From assembly GCA_044220955.1 (NCBI GenBank), contig JBGAQA010000006.1:1-64000 (forward strand): DNA of 64,000 nt. Direction: 5' to 3'. Within the stretch, counting starts at the first letter, position 1, and each line of letters opens with the position of its first letter. Origin of the DNA: Sandaracinaceae bacterium (lineage in GTDB: Bacteria > Myxococcota_A > Polyangia > Polyangiales > Sandaracinaceae). The notes below the pieces were generated by a model that searched no databases, had not been told where the DNA came from, and worked only from the letters and a program-made list of their open reading frames with translations. The position numbers were made by a program, and so were the translations under genes. Below, piece after piece: positions 9,227-19,798 of this stretch.

Positions 9227-12200
9227 GTGGAACCCCGCGAACGTCGCGGTTTCGTGCGGTTCTTGGCCCTCCTCGCGCTCGCCTCGGCGGCCCTCTTCGG
9301 GCTCGCCCTCTCCGCGCACGCCCAGATCCCGGACGCGCTGGTCGGGCGGGCGATCCGCGGCGTCGAGTCCACGCCGGAGACGCCGCCGGGCGTGACGCTC
9401 GAGACGCTCGGGATCTCCGAGGGGACGCGCCTCGACCGCGGCGTGCTCCGGGCCACGGTCCAGCGCCTCCTGGCCTCGGGCGAGTGGGCCGAGGTGCGCA
9501 TCGACGCTCAGGCCGACGAGGCCGGGGTCGTGCTCGTCGTCGCGCTCGTGCCGCGCGTGCTGCTCACCCGGATCGAGCTCGTGGGCAACGAGCACCTCTC
9601 GGACGACGAGCTGCTCGAGGCCCTGCGCCTGCGCGAGGGCAGCGAGGTGATCGGCGGGCAGCTGCAGCCGATCCGGGACGTGCTCAAGGATCTCTACGCC
9701 GAGCGCGGGTACCTCGACGCGGTCTTCGAGGTCGAGCTGCGCTCGACCGACGCCGCCGCCCGGCGGGTGCTGCGCGTCGTCGCGCGCGAGGGTGAGCCCA
9801 CGCGGATCGTCGCGATCGACGTGGAGGGCGACGCGCTGCCGCGCAGCGTCGACCCCCTCTCGCCGCCCATCGGGACGCTCGGGCTGGGCGTCGGTGACAT
9901 CCTCGACCGGCGCCGGCTGCCCACGGGCACCGCGGCGCTCGAGCAGCGACTGAGGCAGGACGGGTACCTCGAGGTGCGCGTCGACGAGCCCATCGTGCGC
10001 TACGAGGACGGTGGTGCCCGCGTCGTGGTCCACGTGCAGCTCGGCCGGCACTACCGCGTCGTGATCCACGGCTTCGAGCCGGTGTCGCGCTCGGACGTCG
10101 AAGACGTCCTGGACCTCGACCAGGAGAGGCTCGTGCGATCGGTGCTCCCGGACATCGAGGAACGCGTGCTCGACGTGTTCCACCGCCGCGGCTTCGGCGC
10201 GGCGCAGGCCTCCGTCCGCCGCATCCACGATCCCGACGCCGCCGACGATCCCCGCGCCGCGGTGCTCGAGGTCGCGATCGTCCCGGGCCCGATGCTGCGG
10301 GTCGTGGGCCTGAGCTTCCCGGGCGCGTCGCACTACCCCAGCGACTTTCTCCGCGACCAGGTGCGCAGCTACCTCGAGGAAGATCTGCCGAGCAGCGCGC
10401 CGTTCTCGCCGGTCGACTCCGACGTGGTGGACCGACTCGGGCTCTCGGGCCGCCCGGCGGTCGACGCCCGCGAGATCCCCGCGCACCACGAGGATCTCCC
10501 GGACTCCGTCTACTACGAGCCGACCTATCGCGAGGCCGTCACCCACATCGCCGAGCTCTACGCCGCCGACGGGTTCCTCGAGGCGGAGGTCGGACCCGCC
10601 CAGCTCGAGGTGCTCGGCGACGGGCGCGCCATCGTCACGATTCCGATCGCGGAGGGCGCCCGCACGCTCGTCTGGGACGTGGGCGTGCGCGGCAACGAGA
10701 CGATCCAGGCGAGCACACTGCTCGACGCGGCCCGCATCGCGCGGGGCGACCCCTTCGGTCACCTCCCCCTCGAGGAGGCGCGCAGGCGCATGGTCGAGCT
10801 CTACCAGGAGCACGGCTTCCTCTTCGCGCGCATCGAGCCGCGCGTGCACTTCTCGGAGAACGGGCGGCGCGCCGAGATCCTCTTCGAGGTCGTGGAGCGC
10901 TTCGAGGTCACGGTCGGCGAGATCCGCGTGGTCGGTGCCGAGCAGACGAGCGAGTCGCTGATTCGCGAGCGGCTCGCGTTCCGCCCTGGCGACGTGTACC
11001 GACCCTCGGAGATCCGGCAGAGCGAGGAGGCGCTGCTCGCGCTCGGCATCTTCGCGTCCGTCCGCATCGCGCCGGAAGACCCCGATCTCGCCGAGCGCAC
11101 CAAGCCCGTCGTCGTGACGATCAGCGAGCGCACGCCGCAGGAGCTCGGCCTCTCGGCGGGCATCGGTACGGGCGAGGGCGCGCGCGGATCCTTCGAGTAC
11201 TCGTACCGCAACCTCTTCGGGTCGGCGGTCACGTTCAACCTGCGCCTGCAGCTCGCGTATCAGTTCTTCTTCCAGGACGCCGAGCTCAAGCAGGCGATCG
11301 AGAGCCTGACGCTGATCGATCGCCTCGAGCGGCGGCTGACCATCGGCTTCACCATCCCACACATCCCGGGCGCGCCGAACCTGCGCGCCTCCGTCGACCT
11401 CGTGCACCTGCGCGACAACTACCGCGACTTCGGCCTCGACAAGAACGGCGTCGTCCTCACGCTCACGTGGCAGCCGGAGCACGCGTTCGTCGGCTCGCTC
11501 TCGTGGGAGCTCGAGCAGAACAACATCTCGCTCTTCAACGCCGCGAGCCTCCAGGCGTACCTGGCGACGCCAGCGGGCATGATGCAGCAGCGCCTCTTGC
11601 GGGCGCCGCAGGGCCAGTCCGCGATCGCGAGCGCGCGCCTGACGGGCACGCTCGATCTGCGCGACAGCCCGTTCACGCCGACCACGGGCTTCTACGCGTC
11701 GCTGACCGCGGAGTACGCGCACACCGTCGCCACCGAGCGCCCCGAGGACTTCAGTCACTTCTTCAAGGTCAGCCTCACGATGAGCGGGTACGTGCCGATC
11801 GCCACCGGCTGGGTGCTGGCGCTGCAGGTGCGCGGCGGCCGCGTGTACCACCTCGAGAGCAACTCGCGCGTGTACCCGAACCGCGCCTACTACCTCGGCG
11901 GCGTCGACACGATGCGCGGCTTCCTGCAGGACCAGGTGATCCCGCAGGACCAGGCGGACGTGCTCCAGCGCGCGATCTACCTCGGTGGCGCCGATCAGCT
12001 GCTCCATCCGGGCATCCCCGCGCAGGTGCTCGATCCCTCCTCGATCGTGCGCACGGGCGACTTCTTCTACCTGCTGCGGGCCGAGCTGCGCTTCCCGATC
12101 TCGGGCGACGTCCAGGGCGGGCTCTTCACCGACATCGGCAACGTGTGGGCCGTGTGGGAGACGGTGGATCTGCTGCGCCTGCGCTACACGGTCGGCGCGG

Positions 12201-12319
12201 GCATCCGCCTCGCGACGCCCGTCGGGCCGATCGCGCTCGACTACGGCATCAACCTCTCGCGCAACGAGGCGATCGGCGAGCCCTTCGGCGCGTTCCACTT
12301 CTCGATCGGGCTCTTCTGA
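9227..12319 (+). CDS. Omp85 family outer-membrane assembly protein (BamA/TamA-like, multiple POTRA domains)
   Basis: Signal peptide, repeated POTRA motifs (YAERGYLDA, QDGYLEV, ADGFLEA, EHGFLFA), YLGGVDTMRGF, TPVGPIALDYG, C-terminal FSIGLF. Confidence 0.9.
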   Translation: MEPRERRGFVRFLALLALASAALFGLALSAHAQIPDALVGRAIRGVESTPETPPGVTLETLGISEGTRLDRGVLRATVQRLLASGEWAEVRIDAQADEAGVVLVVALVPRVLLTRIELVGNEHLSDDELLEALRLREGSEVIGGQLQPIRDVLKDLYAERGYLDAVFEVELRSTDAAARRVLRVVAREGEPTRIVAIDVEGDALPRSVDPLSPPIGTLGLGVGDILDRRRLPTGTAALEQRLRQDGYLEVRVDEPIVRYEDGGARVVVHVQLGRHYRVVIHGFEPVSRSDVEDVLDLDQERLVRSVLPDIEERVLDVFHRRGFGAAQASVRRIHDPDAADDPRAAVLEVAIVPGPMLRVVGLSFPGASHYPSDFLRDQVRSYLEEDLPSSAPFSPVDSDVVDRLGLSGRPAVDAREIPAHHEDLPDSVYYEPTYREAVTHIAELYAADGFLEAEVGPAQLEVLGDGRAIVTIPIAEGARTLVWDVGVRGNETIQASTLLDAARIARGDPFGHLPLEEARRRMVELYQEHGFLFARIEPRVHFSENGRRAEILFEVVERFEVTVGEIRVVGAEQTSESLIRERLAFRPGDVYRPSEIRQSEEALLALGIFASVRIAPEDPDLAERTKPVVVTISERTPQELGLSAGIGTGEGARGSFEYSYRNLFGSAVTFNLRLQLAYQFFFQDAELKQAIESLTLIDRLERRLTIGFTIPHIPGAPNLRASVDLVHLRDNYRDFGLDKNGVVLTLTWQPEHAFVGSLSWELEQNNISLFNAASLQAYLATPAGMMQQRLLRAPQGQSAIASARLTGTLDLRDSPFTPTTGFYASLTAEYAHTVATERPEDFSHFFKVSLTMSGYVPIATGWVLALQVRGGRVYHLESNSRVYPNRAYYLGGVDTMRGFLQDQVIPQDQADVLQRAIYLGGADQLLHPGIPAQVLDPSSIVRTGDFFYLLRAELRFPISGDVQGGLFTDIGNVWAVWETVDLLRLRYTVGAGIRLATPVGPIALDYGINLSRNEAIGEPFGAFHFSIGLF

Positions 12320-12480
12320 TTCTCAGGGGCGCTGGGCGCGCCCCTCGCGAGACCGGCGGAGCCGGATCTCGCTCACCCCCAGCTCCGTCTCGTCGCTTCG
12401 CTCCTCGCGAGGCACAGCGATCGGCTCGCGTGGCCGGCAGGTCATGCCCGGGGCTGGCGTCCATTGCGGGGAGAACGTCT
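12317..12480 (+). repeat. Dispersed ~160 bp intergenic repeat, copy A
   Basis: Core ACCGGCGGAGCCGGAT...CTCGTCGCTTCGCTCCTCGCGAGGCACA matches the reverse complement of 22630-22694. Confidence 0.75.
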
Positions 12481-12505
12481 GATCCGAGCTCGCTCGATCG
12501 GTCGG

Positions 12506-13594
12506 CTACCGGAAGCGGAAGCCCGTCTGCTCCTCGAGCACGATCATGAAGACCTGGAAGTCGGCCATGCCGCTCACCGGGAAGCGGAACACGCCGTCGG
12601 ACGAGAACCAGCCTTCCTTCGCGCCCGTGCGCTTGATGACGAGCCAGCCCGTCTCGAACTGGAGCGTCTGGATCTCCGGGCGCGGCAGCCGGATGACCTG
12701 GCCGCGCCAGCCGATCTCCAGGAACCCCTTGCCGATGCCGACGAAGTCGGCGCCGACGTTGAAGCGCGCGATTCCGTTCTGCGCGATCTGGCGGTCGACC
12801 TCGGCGATCTTGTGCTGCGTCCAGGCGCTCTCGGCGGCGAAGGCGAAGAGCACCTGCTCGCCCGGCGTGCGGGGCTGCGTGTCGTTGTACTGGCCCTCGA
12901 TCACGAACGCTTTCTTCGCCTGGCGGTCCCACCAGACGTAGCCGTAGCGGGTGCCGGTGTAGACGCCGTTGTAGAAGTGGCGCGTGCGCGCGACCTGCAG
13001 CTGCATGCAGTCGGCGAAGCGCACGACCGTCGTCTTGGGCCCCGCGAGGTGGTACTTCACGTGCTCCTGTAGGCCCTGCTGTCCCACGTAGGACGAGCGC
13101 CGACGTCGCAGCGCCCACGGCAGCACCACGCAGAGCGCCGTGAAGAACACGCCGCCGCCCACGCCCGAGACCCAGGGCAGCACGTCCGCGATCGTGTGGC
13201 GGAGCTCGTCGAAGGTGTGGTCTTCCTGCGGCGCCCCGTAGCCTCCGTAGCCTCCGTAGTAGGCGTCGTAGTAGCGGGGCCGGACCTCGTCGGCGATCGC
13301 CGCGCCGAGCCCGAGGGAGCAGAGCCCCCCGAGCAGGAAGCCGAGGACGCCGCCGAGGATCATCTGGCTGCGGAGCGCGCCGTCGATCTTGTACCAGCCG
13401 TGCTGCTTGCGGTTCGTCTGCGCCGAGACGACCGGGCCGATGGCCGGATCGGGCGGCACGAGGTAGTCGTCGTCCGGCTCGCCGGGAGACTTGTCGTGAC
13501 GCGGCCACGGGGGCCCCGCGGGCACGAGGCGCGGCTGCATGGGCGGAGCGGACGGGAGACCGGGGCTCGGAGGGGTGGGGTACGCGGGCTGCAC
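12506..13594 (-). CDS. Hypothetical membrane protein (2 TM, Pro-rich N-terminus)
   Basis: 362 aa ORF with GC3-rich codon usage, two hydrophobic segments and a GAGG RBS before GTG. Confidence 0.7.
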   Translation of the reverse strand: MQPAYPTPPSPGLPSAPPMQPRLVPAGPPWPRHDKSPGEPDDDYLVPPDPAIGPVVSAQTNRKQHGWYKIDGALRSQMILGGVLGFLLGGLCSLGLGAAIADEVRPRYYDAYYGGYGGYGAPQEDHTFDELRHTIADVLPWVSGVGGGVFFTALCVVLPWALRRRRSSYVGQQGLQEHVKYHLAGPKTTVVRFADCMQLQVARTRHFYNGVYTGTRYGYVWWDRQAKKAFVIEGQYNDTQPRTPGEQVLFAFAAESAWTQHKIAEVDRQIAQNGIARFNVGADFVGIGKGFLEIGWRGQVIRLPRPEIQTLQFETGWLVIKRTGAKEGWFSSDGVFRFPVSGMADFQVFMIVLEEQTGFRFR

Positions 13595-13656
13595 GGATAC
13601 CTCGGCGGCGCGATTCTACGTCGGACTCGGCCGCGGGATTCCCCGGGGCGACCGGT

Positions 13657-14418
13657 TCACCAGGCCGCGCTCGGGTGGCAGCCGCCGCCCTCGCACGGTC
13701 CACCGAGGGTGCCGCAGTCGCCACCCGTGCTGCAGAGATAGAGGCAGCCGCGCGTGCCCGTGACGGCGCTCGTGATGCAGGTCTCGAGGCCTGGCACGCA
13801 GTCGAGGGCGTTGCCGCACGCTCGGAGGCAGACGCCGTTCACGCACGAGAGCGGGCGCTGGCAGTCGGAGTCGATCTCGCAGACCTCGTACCAGTTGGCC
13901 TCCGCGGCGACGAGCGAGGAGCAGAGGCGAAGCGCGGCGCCGTCCACCCAGCGCCCGCTGGCGCAGGCGAGCACGTCGGTGCAGTCGGTCGCGTCGTTGC
14001 AGCCGCGCAGACACTGGCCTCGGATGCACGCGGAGCTCGCTCCACGGAAGGCCGGGCAGTCGGCGTCCACGACGCAGGAGCGCGTGCAGTATCCGTCGTT
14101 CGTCGCGGCGAGCACCGGATCCGAGTAGCAGGAGTCCGGATCGCACGCGCCTGCCACGTCGCCGTTGCACGGGGGATACGAGAGCGGCGCCGCGCCGGAG
14201 TCGGCCGGCGACGCGTCGATCGCGGGAGCGTCGACCGAGCCGTCGAGCGTGGCGCCCGTCAGGTGGCAGAGGCCGTCGGCGCCGCAGATGGGAGCGCTCG
14301 GCGGGCAGCCACCGCGCATGCATCCGTAGTAGCCGTCACCGCGCAAGGCGGCGCAGCCCGGCAGCCAGAGCGCGACCGCGAGCGCGATCGACGACGAGAG
14401 CCCGGCCGACGTCCCCAT
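13657..14418 (-). CDS. Cys-rich lipoprotein (EGF/Dickkopf-like small repeats)
   Basis: Lipobox LPGC; repeated C-x3-DC-x5-C-x3-G-C; TGATG coupling to the upstream gene. Confidence 0.75.
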   Translation of the reverse strand: MGTSAGLSSSIALAVALWLPGCAALRGDGYYGCMRGGCPPSAPICGADGLCHLTGATLDGSVDAPAIDASPADSGAAPLSYPPCNGDVAGACDPDSCYSDPVLAATNDGYCTRSCVVDADCPAFRGASSACIRGQCLRGCNDATDCTDVLACASGRWVDGAALRLCSSLVAAEANWYEVCEIDSDCQRPLSCVNGVCLRACGNALDCVPGLETCITSAVTGTRGCLYLCSTGGDCGTLGGPCEGGGCHPSAAW

Positions 14419-15371
14419 CAGAAGGACCCCCGGAGCGCGAGCGAGCCGGGGCCGATCGCGACGGTCGCGGTGCTCGCGCCGGCACCGCCGAGCTGCCACG
14501 CGAGGCCGCCTGCGACGCTGCCGACGCCCAGCGCGAGCGCGACGATGCCCGACACCTCGAGCGGGACGATCCTGTCGTACTGCGTCGCGAGGTCGACCCA
14601 CTCGGTCCGAGCGGGGGCGCTCGACACCGTGGCAGCGTCGCTCGCCCCCAGCCCGAGCAGGACACCGCCCGCGACGGCCACGGCGGCCCCGACGCCGATC
14701 AGCACCCAGGGGCCCGCGCCCGGATCGGCCGGCGTCGTGGCAGGCGATCGCGTCGGGGGCGCGACCGCGGCCTCGTCGCGGGGCGGTGTCCGCCCCGGCG
14801 CGGCGTCGGGGACCGCGAGCGTCAGGGTGGCCGTCTCACCGCCGTGGACCGTGACCTGTGCGCGCGCCGTCCGTCCGTCGGGCGCGCGCAGGGTCAGCTC
14901 GTGCGCGCCGACCGCGAGGGCGAGAGTCGCCCGCGTCGCCAGGTCGCCCTCGGGCGCCGTCGGCACGCCGTCGACGTCGACGGTCGAGCCGGCGGGGGCG
15001 GGGCCCACGGCGAAGTCGCCCACGAACACGCGCGCGCGCGCGGCGAGCTCGGCGACCTGCGCGCGCTGCTCCTCGGTGAGGGGCCGGCGCGGCTCGGTGA
15101 GCGCGGCATCGAGGGCGCGCCGGGCGGCCACGTAGTCACGGAGCTCGAACGCCGCCATGCCGATCCCGCGGAGCGTGCGAGCGTTGGGGAACGCCGCGTG
15201 CGCGCGCTCGAAGAGGGCCCGGGCCTCCGCCCAGTGCTGGGCGTCGAACTCGGCCAGCGCGGAGTCGACCAGGCCTCGGTACTCGGGCGGCGGACCACCG
15301 TCCTGCGCATGCGCAGGGGAGACGGCCATCGAGATCAGCGCCAAGAAGATCAGCGGGGGCGCCCGGCGCAT
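14418..15371 (-). CDS. Secreted TPR + PEGA-like domain protein with C-terminal hydrophobic region ending in Phe
   Basis: Signal peptide ...PAHA-Q, TPR (AEARALFERAHAAFPNARTLRGIG), PEGA-like VDVDG, ends SLALRGSF; TGATG overlap with the kinase. Confidence 0.8.
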   Translation of the reverse strand: MRRAPPLIFLALISMAVSPAHAQDGGPPPEYRGLVDSALAEFDAQHWAEARALFERAHAAFPNARTLRGIGMAAFELRDYVAARRALDAALTEPRRPLTEEQRAQVAELAARARVFVGDFAVGPAPAGSTVDVDGVPTAPEGDLATRATLALAVGAHELTLRAPDGRTARAQVTVHGGETATLTLAVPDAAPGRTPPRDEAAVAPPTRSPATTPADPGAGPWVLIGVGAAVAVAGGVLLGLGASDAATVSSAPARTEWVDLATQYDRIVPLEVSGIVALALGVGSVAGGLAWQLGGAGASTATVAIGPGSLALRGSF

Positions 15372-16939
15372 CAGAAGTCGTCCCTGCTGAGCCGGCCGGT
15401 CCGGCCCGTGCTCGTCGCGGGCGGAGGTGAGGTGCTCGTCGTCGGCGGCGGTGGCGGCGTGGTGGGCCGCCGCGTCCTGTCGCGCGCGACGCGCGTCGTG
15501 GCGGGAGTCGTGATCGCAGGGATCGTGGTCGCCGGGATCGTGGTCGCGGGGATCGTGGGCGGGGCGATGGGGGTCGCCGGAACGAGGGCCTCGGCGGGGC
15601 GCACGGCGGTCGCCGCGTCGGTCCCGGCGTCCGGCACGGCCGTGGTCGGGCTCGCGCTCGCGCTCGTGCCCTCGCCCTCCGTCCCGCCGATCACGACGAA
15701 CGCCCCCGCAGCGAGCGCGACGAGCGCCGCGCCGGCGGCGATCCACCCCCACGGCGGTCCGCTCGCGGGCAGGGCCACCAGCCGCTGGGCACCCGACGAC
15801 GCGAAGGGCGTCGCGCTCGACGTGGAGGTCTTCTTGCTCGGCGGCAGCGCGACCGAGACGTGGACGTCGACCTCGCGCTCGGCCGTGCGTGCGTGCCCGA
15901 GCGTGTGGGCGTCCGTCGGGACGCGCGGCGACCTCGGGATCGCCATCGCGTCGCCCTCGCTCGAGGCGAGGCTCGCCTCGCCGCTCGCGGGCGAGGGAGG
16001 CCGCACGGACGTCGGGCCCGGTGCGGTGAACGTCGCGCCGTTCCCGTAGGGGAGCAGCGCGCGCGCGAACGCCTCGACGCTGGGCCAGCGCGCGTCGAGA
16101 TCCTTCTCGAGGGCGTGGTGCACCGCGTCCGCGAGCCCCGTGGGGACGCCCTCCACCAGCGACTCGAGACGCGGCGGCGCGGCCGTCGCGATCGCCACGA
16201 TCGTCTGGCCGAGCGTCTCGTGGTCGAACGGGATGCTGCCAGAGAGCGCCTCGTAGAGGATCGCACCGAGCGCCCAGATGTCCGTGCGTGCGTCGAGGTC
16301 TCGCACGCCGCGGACCTGCTCCGGGGCCATGTACGCCGGCGTCCCGACCATCGCGCCGGTGTGCGTGATCTGCCCGGATCCCGGCGTGCCGGGCCCCGCG
16401 AAGCGGTCGCCCTGGAGCTTGCTCACCCCGAAGTCGAGCACCTTCGTGCCCCCGCCGGCGACGCAGAAGAGGTTGTCTGGCTTGAGGTCCCGGTGGACGA
16501 CGCCGGCCGCGTGCGCCGCGGCGACGCCCTCCATCGCCGGCAAGAGCAGCCCCACGGCCTCCGCCGGCGTGAGCCGGCCGCTCGCCTCCATCCGATCACG
16601 CAGCGAGCTGCCACGCAGGAGCTCCATCACGAGGTACGCGGCGCCTCCCTCGATGCCGACGTCCATCACGCCCACGACCGACGGGTGATCGATGCGACCC
16701 ATCGCGCGCGCCTCGCGCAGGAACCGCTGCACCGCGGCGTCGCCGGCCTCCTGGTCGGGCAGCATCCATTTCAGCGCGCACTTGCGATCGGTCAGCACGT
16801 GACGCGCGCGGAAGACGGCGCCCATCCCCCCCTGACCGAGCATGGACTCGAGCAGGTACTTGCCGGCGACGGTGTCGCCCGGCTGGGGAATCTGCGCAGC
16901 GCCGCCCACGGGATCTGGTACGGAGCTTATCTCGCGCAC
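15371..16939 (-). CDS. Membrane Ser/Thr protein kinase (Hanks type)
   Basis: GQGGMG, HRDLKPDN, DFG and APE motifs; one TM; Pro/Thr-rich tail ending LSRDDF. Confidence 0.95.
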   Translation of the reverse strand: MREISSVPDPVGGAAQIPQPGDTVAGKYLLESMLGQGGMGAVFRARHVLTDRKCALKWMLPDQEAGDAAVQRFLREARAMGRIDHPSVVGVMDVGIEGGAAYLVMELLRGSSLRDRMEASGRLTPAEAVGLLLPAMEGVAAAHAAGVVHRDLKPDNLFCVAGGGTKVLDFGVSKLQGDRFAGPGTPGSGQITHTGAMVGTPAYMAPEQVRGVRDLDARTDIWALGAILYEALSGSIPFDHETLGQTIVAIATAAPPRLESLVEGVPTGLADAVHHALEKDLDARWPSVEAFARALLPYGNGATFTAPGPTSVRPPSPASGEASLASSEGDAMAIPRSPRVPTDAHTLGHARTAEREVDVHVSVALPPSKKTSTSSATPFASSGAQRLVALPASGPPWGWIAAGAALVALAAGAFVVIGGTEGEGTSASASPTTAVPDAGTDAATAVRPAEALVPATPIAPPTIPATTIPATTIPAITTPATTRVARDRTRRPTTPPPPPTTSTSPPPATSTGRTGRLSRDDF

Positions 16940-16997
16940 CTACCGCCACGCGAGAAGGCTTGCGAACTCCGCGCGCGGCAGGTAGTTCGCCCGGGCG

Positions 16998-17906
16998 ATG
17001 GCCGTATACCAGCTGAGCCACCTGCGTGCCCTGGAGCACGAGGCAATCCACATCCTGCGCGAGATGGCCGCCGAGCGTGAGCGGCCCGTGCTCCTCTTCT
17101 CCGGTGGCAAGGACTCCATCGTCCTGTTGAAGCTCGCCGAGAAGGCCTTCCGTCCGGCGCGCTTTCCCTTCCCGATCATGCACGTCGATACCGGCCACAA
17201 CTTCCCGGAGGTGATCGAGTACCGCGATCGCATCGTGGCGGGCCTCGGAGAGCGGCTGATCGTGGCGAGCGTGGAGGAGTCGATCCGGAAGGGACGCGCG
17301 ACCGAGGACAAGGGACCGCGCGCGAGCCGCAACCGCCTGCAGACGGTCACGCTCCTCGACGCGATCGAGGAGCACCAGTTCGACGCCGCGATCGGCGGCG
17401 CGCGACGCGACGAGGAGCGCGCGCGCGCCAAGGAGCGCATCTTCAGTCACCGCGACGAGTTCGGTCAGTGGGATCCGAAGAACCAGCGCCCCGAGCTCTG
17501 GAACCTCTACAACACGCGCCTGAAGAAGGGGGAGCACTTCCGGGTGTTCCCGATCTCCAACTGGACCGAGCTCGACGTCTGGCAGTACGTCAAGCACGAG
17601 AAGATCGAGCTGCCGGGCATCTACTTCGCGCACGAGCGCGACGTGTTCTCGCGCGACGGGATGCTCTACTCGCCCGCGCCGTTCATCGAGCACCTGCCGG
17701 GCGAGAAGGTGTTCGCGGAGTGGGTCCGCTTCCGCACGGTCGGCGACATGACGTGCACGGGCGCGGTCAAGAGCCGAGCGAGCACGCTCGAGGCGGTCAT
17801 CGAGGAGATCGCCGCCACCCGCGTCACCGAGCGCGGTCAGACCCGCGCCGACGATCGCGCGACCGAGGCGGCGATGGAGGACCGGAAGAAGGAAGGGTAT
17901 TTCTGA
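16998..17906 (+). CDS. cysD: Sulfate adenylyltransferase subunit 2
   Basis: SGGKDS, HVDTGHNF, GGARRDEE, QRPELWNLYN, RFRTVGD, MEDRKKEGYF. Confidence 0.97.
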   Translation: MAVYQLSHLRALEHEAIHILREMAAERERPVLLFSGGKDSIVLLKLAEKAFRPARFPFPIMHVDTGHNFPEVIEYRDRIVAGLGERLIVASVEESIRKGRATEDKGPRASRNRLQTVTLLDAIEEHQFDAAIGGARRDEERARAKERIFSHRDEFGQWDPKNQRPELWNLYNTRLKKGEHFRVFPISNWTELDVWQYVKHEKIELPGIYFAHERDVFSRDGMLYSPAPFIEHLPGEKVFAEWVRFRTVGDMTCTGAVKSRASTLEAVIEEIAATRVTERGQTRADDRATEAAMEDRKKEGYF

Positions 17907-17914
17907 CGCGTTTT

Positions 17915-19054
17915 TCAGGCGTCGGGGGTGGAGCCGCCATCCGAGAGCAGCGCGCTCGCGAGCATGACCTCGTCGACGTCCCGATGACACGACGCCGCGA
18001 TCACGCGACGGCTGCGGGGTGCGAGCCAGAAGCGCGTGATCGGCCCGGCCAGCTCCCCGAAGCGGCGCAGAGCGGCGCGCAGGGAGCGCCCCTGCGCAGA
18101 CCCCTCGAGGGACGCGAGACGCGCATGCGCCACGGCCTCGATTCCGAGCACCAGGCCGAGCTCGCGGAACGCGAGGCGCCGCTCGACGGGATCTTCGAGC
18201 GCGCCGCTCTCGACGTACACGACGAGCCCCGTGAGCGCGGCGTCGAGCAGCTCACTCGGCGTCACGCTGCCGGCCGGGAGGCGTCGATCGGCGCGCATCG
18301 CCTCCAGGCGTGACGCGAGGACGAGCAGCGTACCGAGCCCCAGCGGATCGACGGTGACCAGGGCCGCTCGATCGATCATCGCGGCGAAGTCCTCGATGCA
18401 GTGCGTGAGGGAGGGACCACCCGGGGTCGCGACGCGCTCCAGGCTCGCGTAGGTGACGAGCCCGTCGAGCGCGTCGTGCTGACCCATCGTCCCCACGAGC
18501 GGGCGCGCGAGGTCGACACGCAGCTTCCATGCGGCCCCGGCGCGGCTCGGCCCGGCGCCGCGCCTCACGAGCTCGCGGTGCTGGACGAACGCGAGCTCGC
18601 GCGCCCGGGCCATCAGCTGCGCTCGCCCCGTGCTGCGAGAGGCGTGGGCGAGGGCGTGCATCCAGCGAGTCGCGTCGTGGAAGTTCGGCGCGGCGAGGCC
18701 GGCGTCGCTGCTCGTCCGCGCGCGTGGCAGAGCGCCGTCCTCGAGGGGCTCGACGAGGCGCAGGCCTGCACGAGCTCGGCGCGTCGTGCGGCCGCGATCC
18801 GCGCTCGAGCTGCCGAGGGTGCGCTCGACCTGATCGATCAGCGTCGTCGCGCGTGCGAGGTGCCGAGGATCCCGGGTGCGCGTCGCGAGCGCGAGCTCGT
18901 TCTCGACGCCGAACGCGTCGGTCCAGAGATCGCGGCGCGGCGGCGCGTCGCCCTCCAGCCCCGTGCGGGCGGCGAACGCGTCCATGAGCGCGACCGCCTC
19001 GCCGATCTCTCTCGTGCACGCCGCCGCGGGTGCGCGCACCGCCTGCCCTCCCAT
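17915..19054 (-). CDS. Conserved hypothetical protein ('LWTDAFGV ... MGQHD.LDG ... RLAFRELGL' type)
   Basis: Helical protein coupled by TGATG to the upstream PRTase; alternative start at 18985. Confidence 0.65.
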   Translation of the reverse strand: MGGQAVRAPAAACTREIGEAVALMDAFAARTGLEGDAPPRRDLWTDAFGVENELALATRTRDPRHLARATTLIDQVERTLGSSSADRGRTTRRARAGLRLVEPLEDGALPRARTSSDAGLAAPNFHDATRWMHALAHASRSTGRAQLMARARELAFVQHRELVRRGAGPSRAGAAWKLRVDLARPLVGTMGQHDALDGLVTYASLERVATPGGPSLTHCIEDFAAMIDRAALVTVDPLGLGTLLVLASRLEAMRADRRLPAGSVTPSELLDAALTGLVVYVESGALEDPVERRLAFRELGLVLGIEAVAHARLASLEGSAQGRSLRAALRRFGELAGPITRFWLAPRSRRVIAASCHRDVDEVMLASALLSDGGSTPDA

Positions 19055-19662
19055 CACGGCTTGCCGGTCGCTGGGCCCGGCGGCGTCGAGACACCGGGGG
19101 GAATGGACGGTCGCGTCGTGCGCTCCGCACGGCGCCGGTCGAGGATCGCCGCGACCTGCGCGTCGTCGAGCGCCTCGGCCTGCTGGTACGTGCTCTCGGC
19201 GCCGTGGAGCGAGTCGCGCTCGTGCAGCCTCACGAGCGCATCGACGTAGGGGTCGAGGTGCTCGGCTGCGCCGACCACCAGGACCGGGGCGGCCACGAGC
19301 ACGCGGTGCGGCTTCTCCTGCCGGATCGTCCGGATGGCGTCCCGCAGGGTCGCGACGGTCGAGAGGCCGTCGTCGACGAGCAGGACCGTCTCGTTGCGCA
19401 TGGGGACGTGTGGTCCGTGGTGGAAGGCGCCGCTGGACGCCGGCCGCGCGCCCTTCGTGCCGCAGCCCCACGCCTCCAGCGGTGCGTCGTGGGCCCGCGA
19501 GATCTCGTACGCGACCGGCACGCCGCCCGGCGCGATGCCCACGACGACCGGGGGGCCGGCGGCGAAGCGCTCGAGGTGCGCCGCGAGCTCGCGGCCCGCG
19601 TGGGCCCGATCCTGGAACGTCGTGCTCGCAGCCTTCGCGGTCTTGGCGGTCTTGGCGGTCAT
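19054..19662 (-). CDS. Phosphoribosyltransferase family protein, apparently shortened internally
   Basis: [21 protein letters not shown] and PRPP-binding loop [10 protein letters not shown]. Confidence 0.75.
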   Translation of the reverse strand: MTAKTAKTAKAASTTFQDRAHAGRELAAHLERFAAGPPVVVGIAPGGVPVAYEISRAHDAPLEAWGCGTKGARPASSGAFHHGPHVPMRNETVLLVDDGLSTVATLRDAIRTIRQEKPHRVLVAAPVLVVGAAEHLDPYVDALVRLHERDSLHGAESTYQQAEALDDAQVAAILDRRRAERTTRPSIPPGVSTPPGPATGKP

Positions 19663-19798
19663 CGCAGCGCCCCCACTCGATCGGCGACCTAGTCACCCCT
19701 CGCCCAGCGTCCAGCGCGGGCCGCTGGAAAGTGGGGGGCCGTCTCACGCGAGTCCTCGCGATGGTGCGCGGGTGGCGCCCGTGCATAGATCCGCCTCC

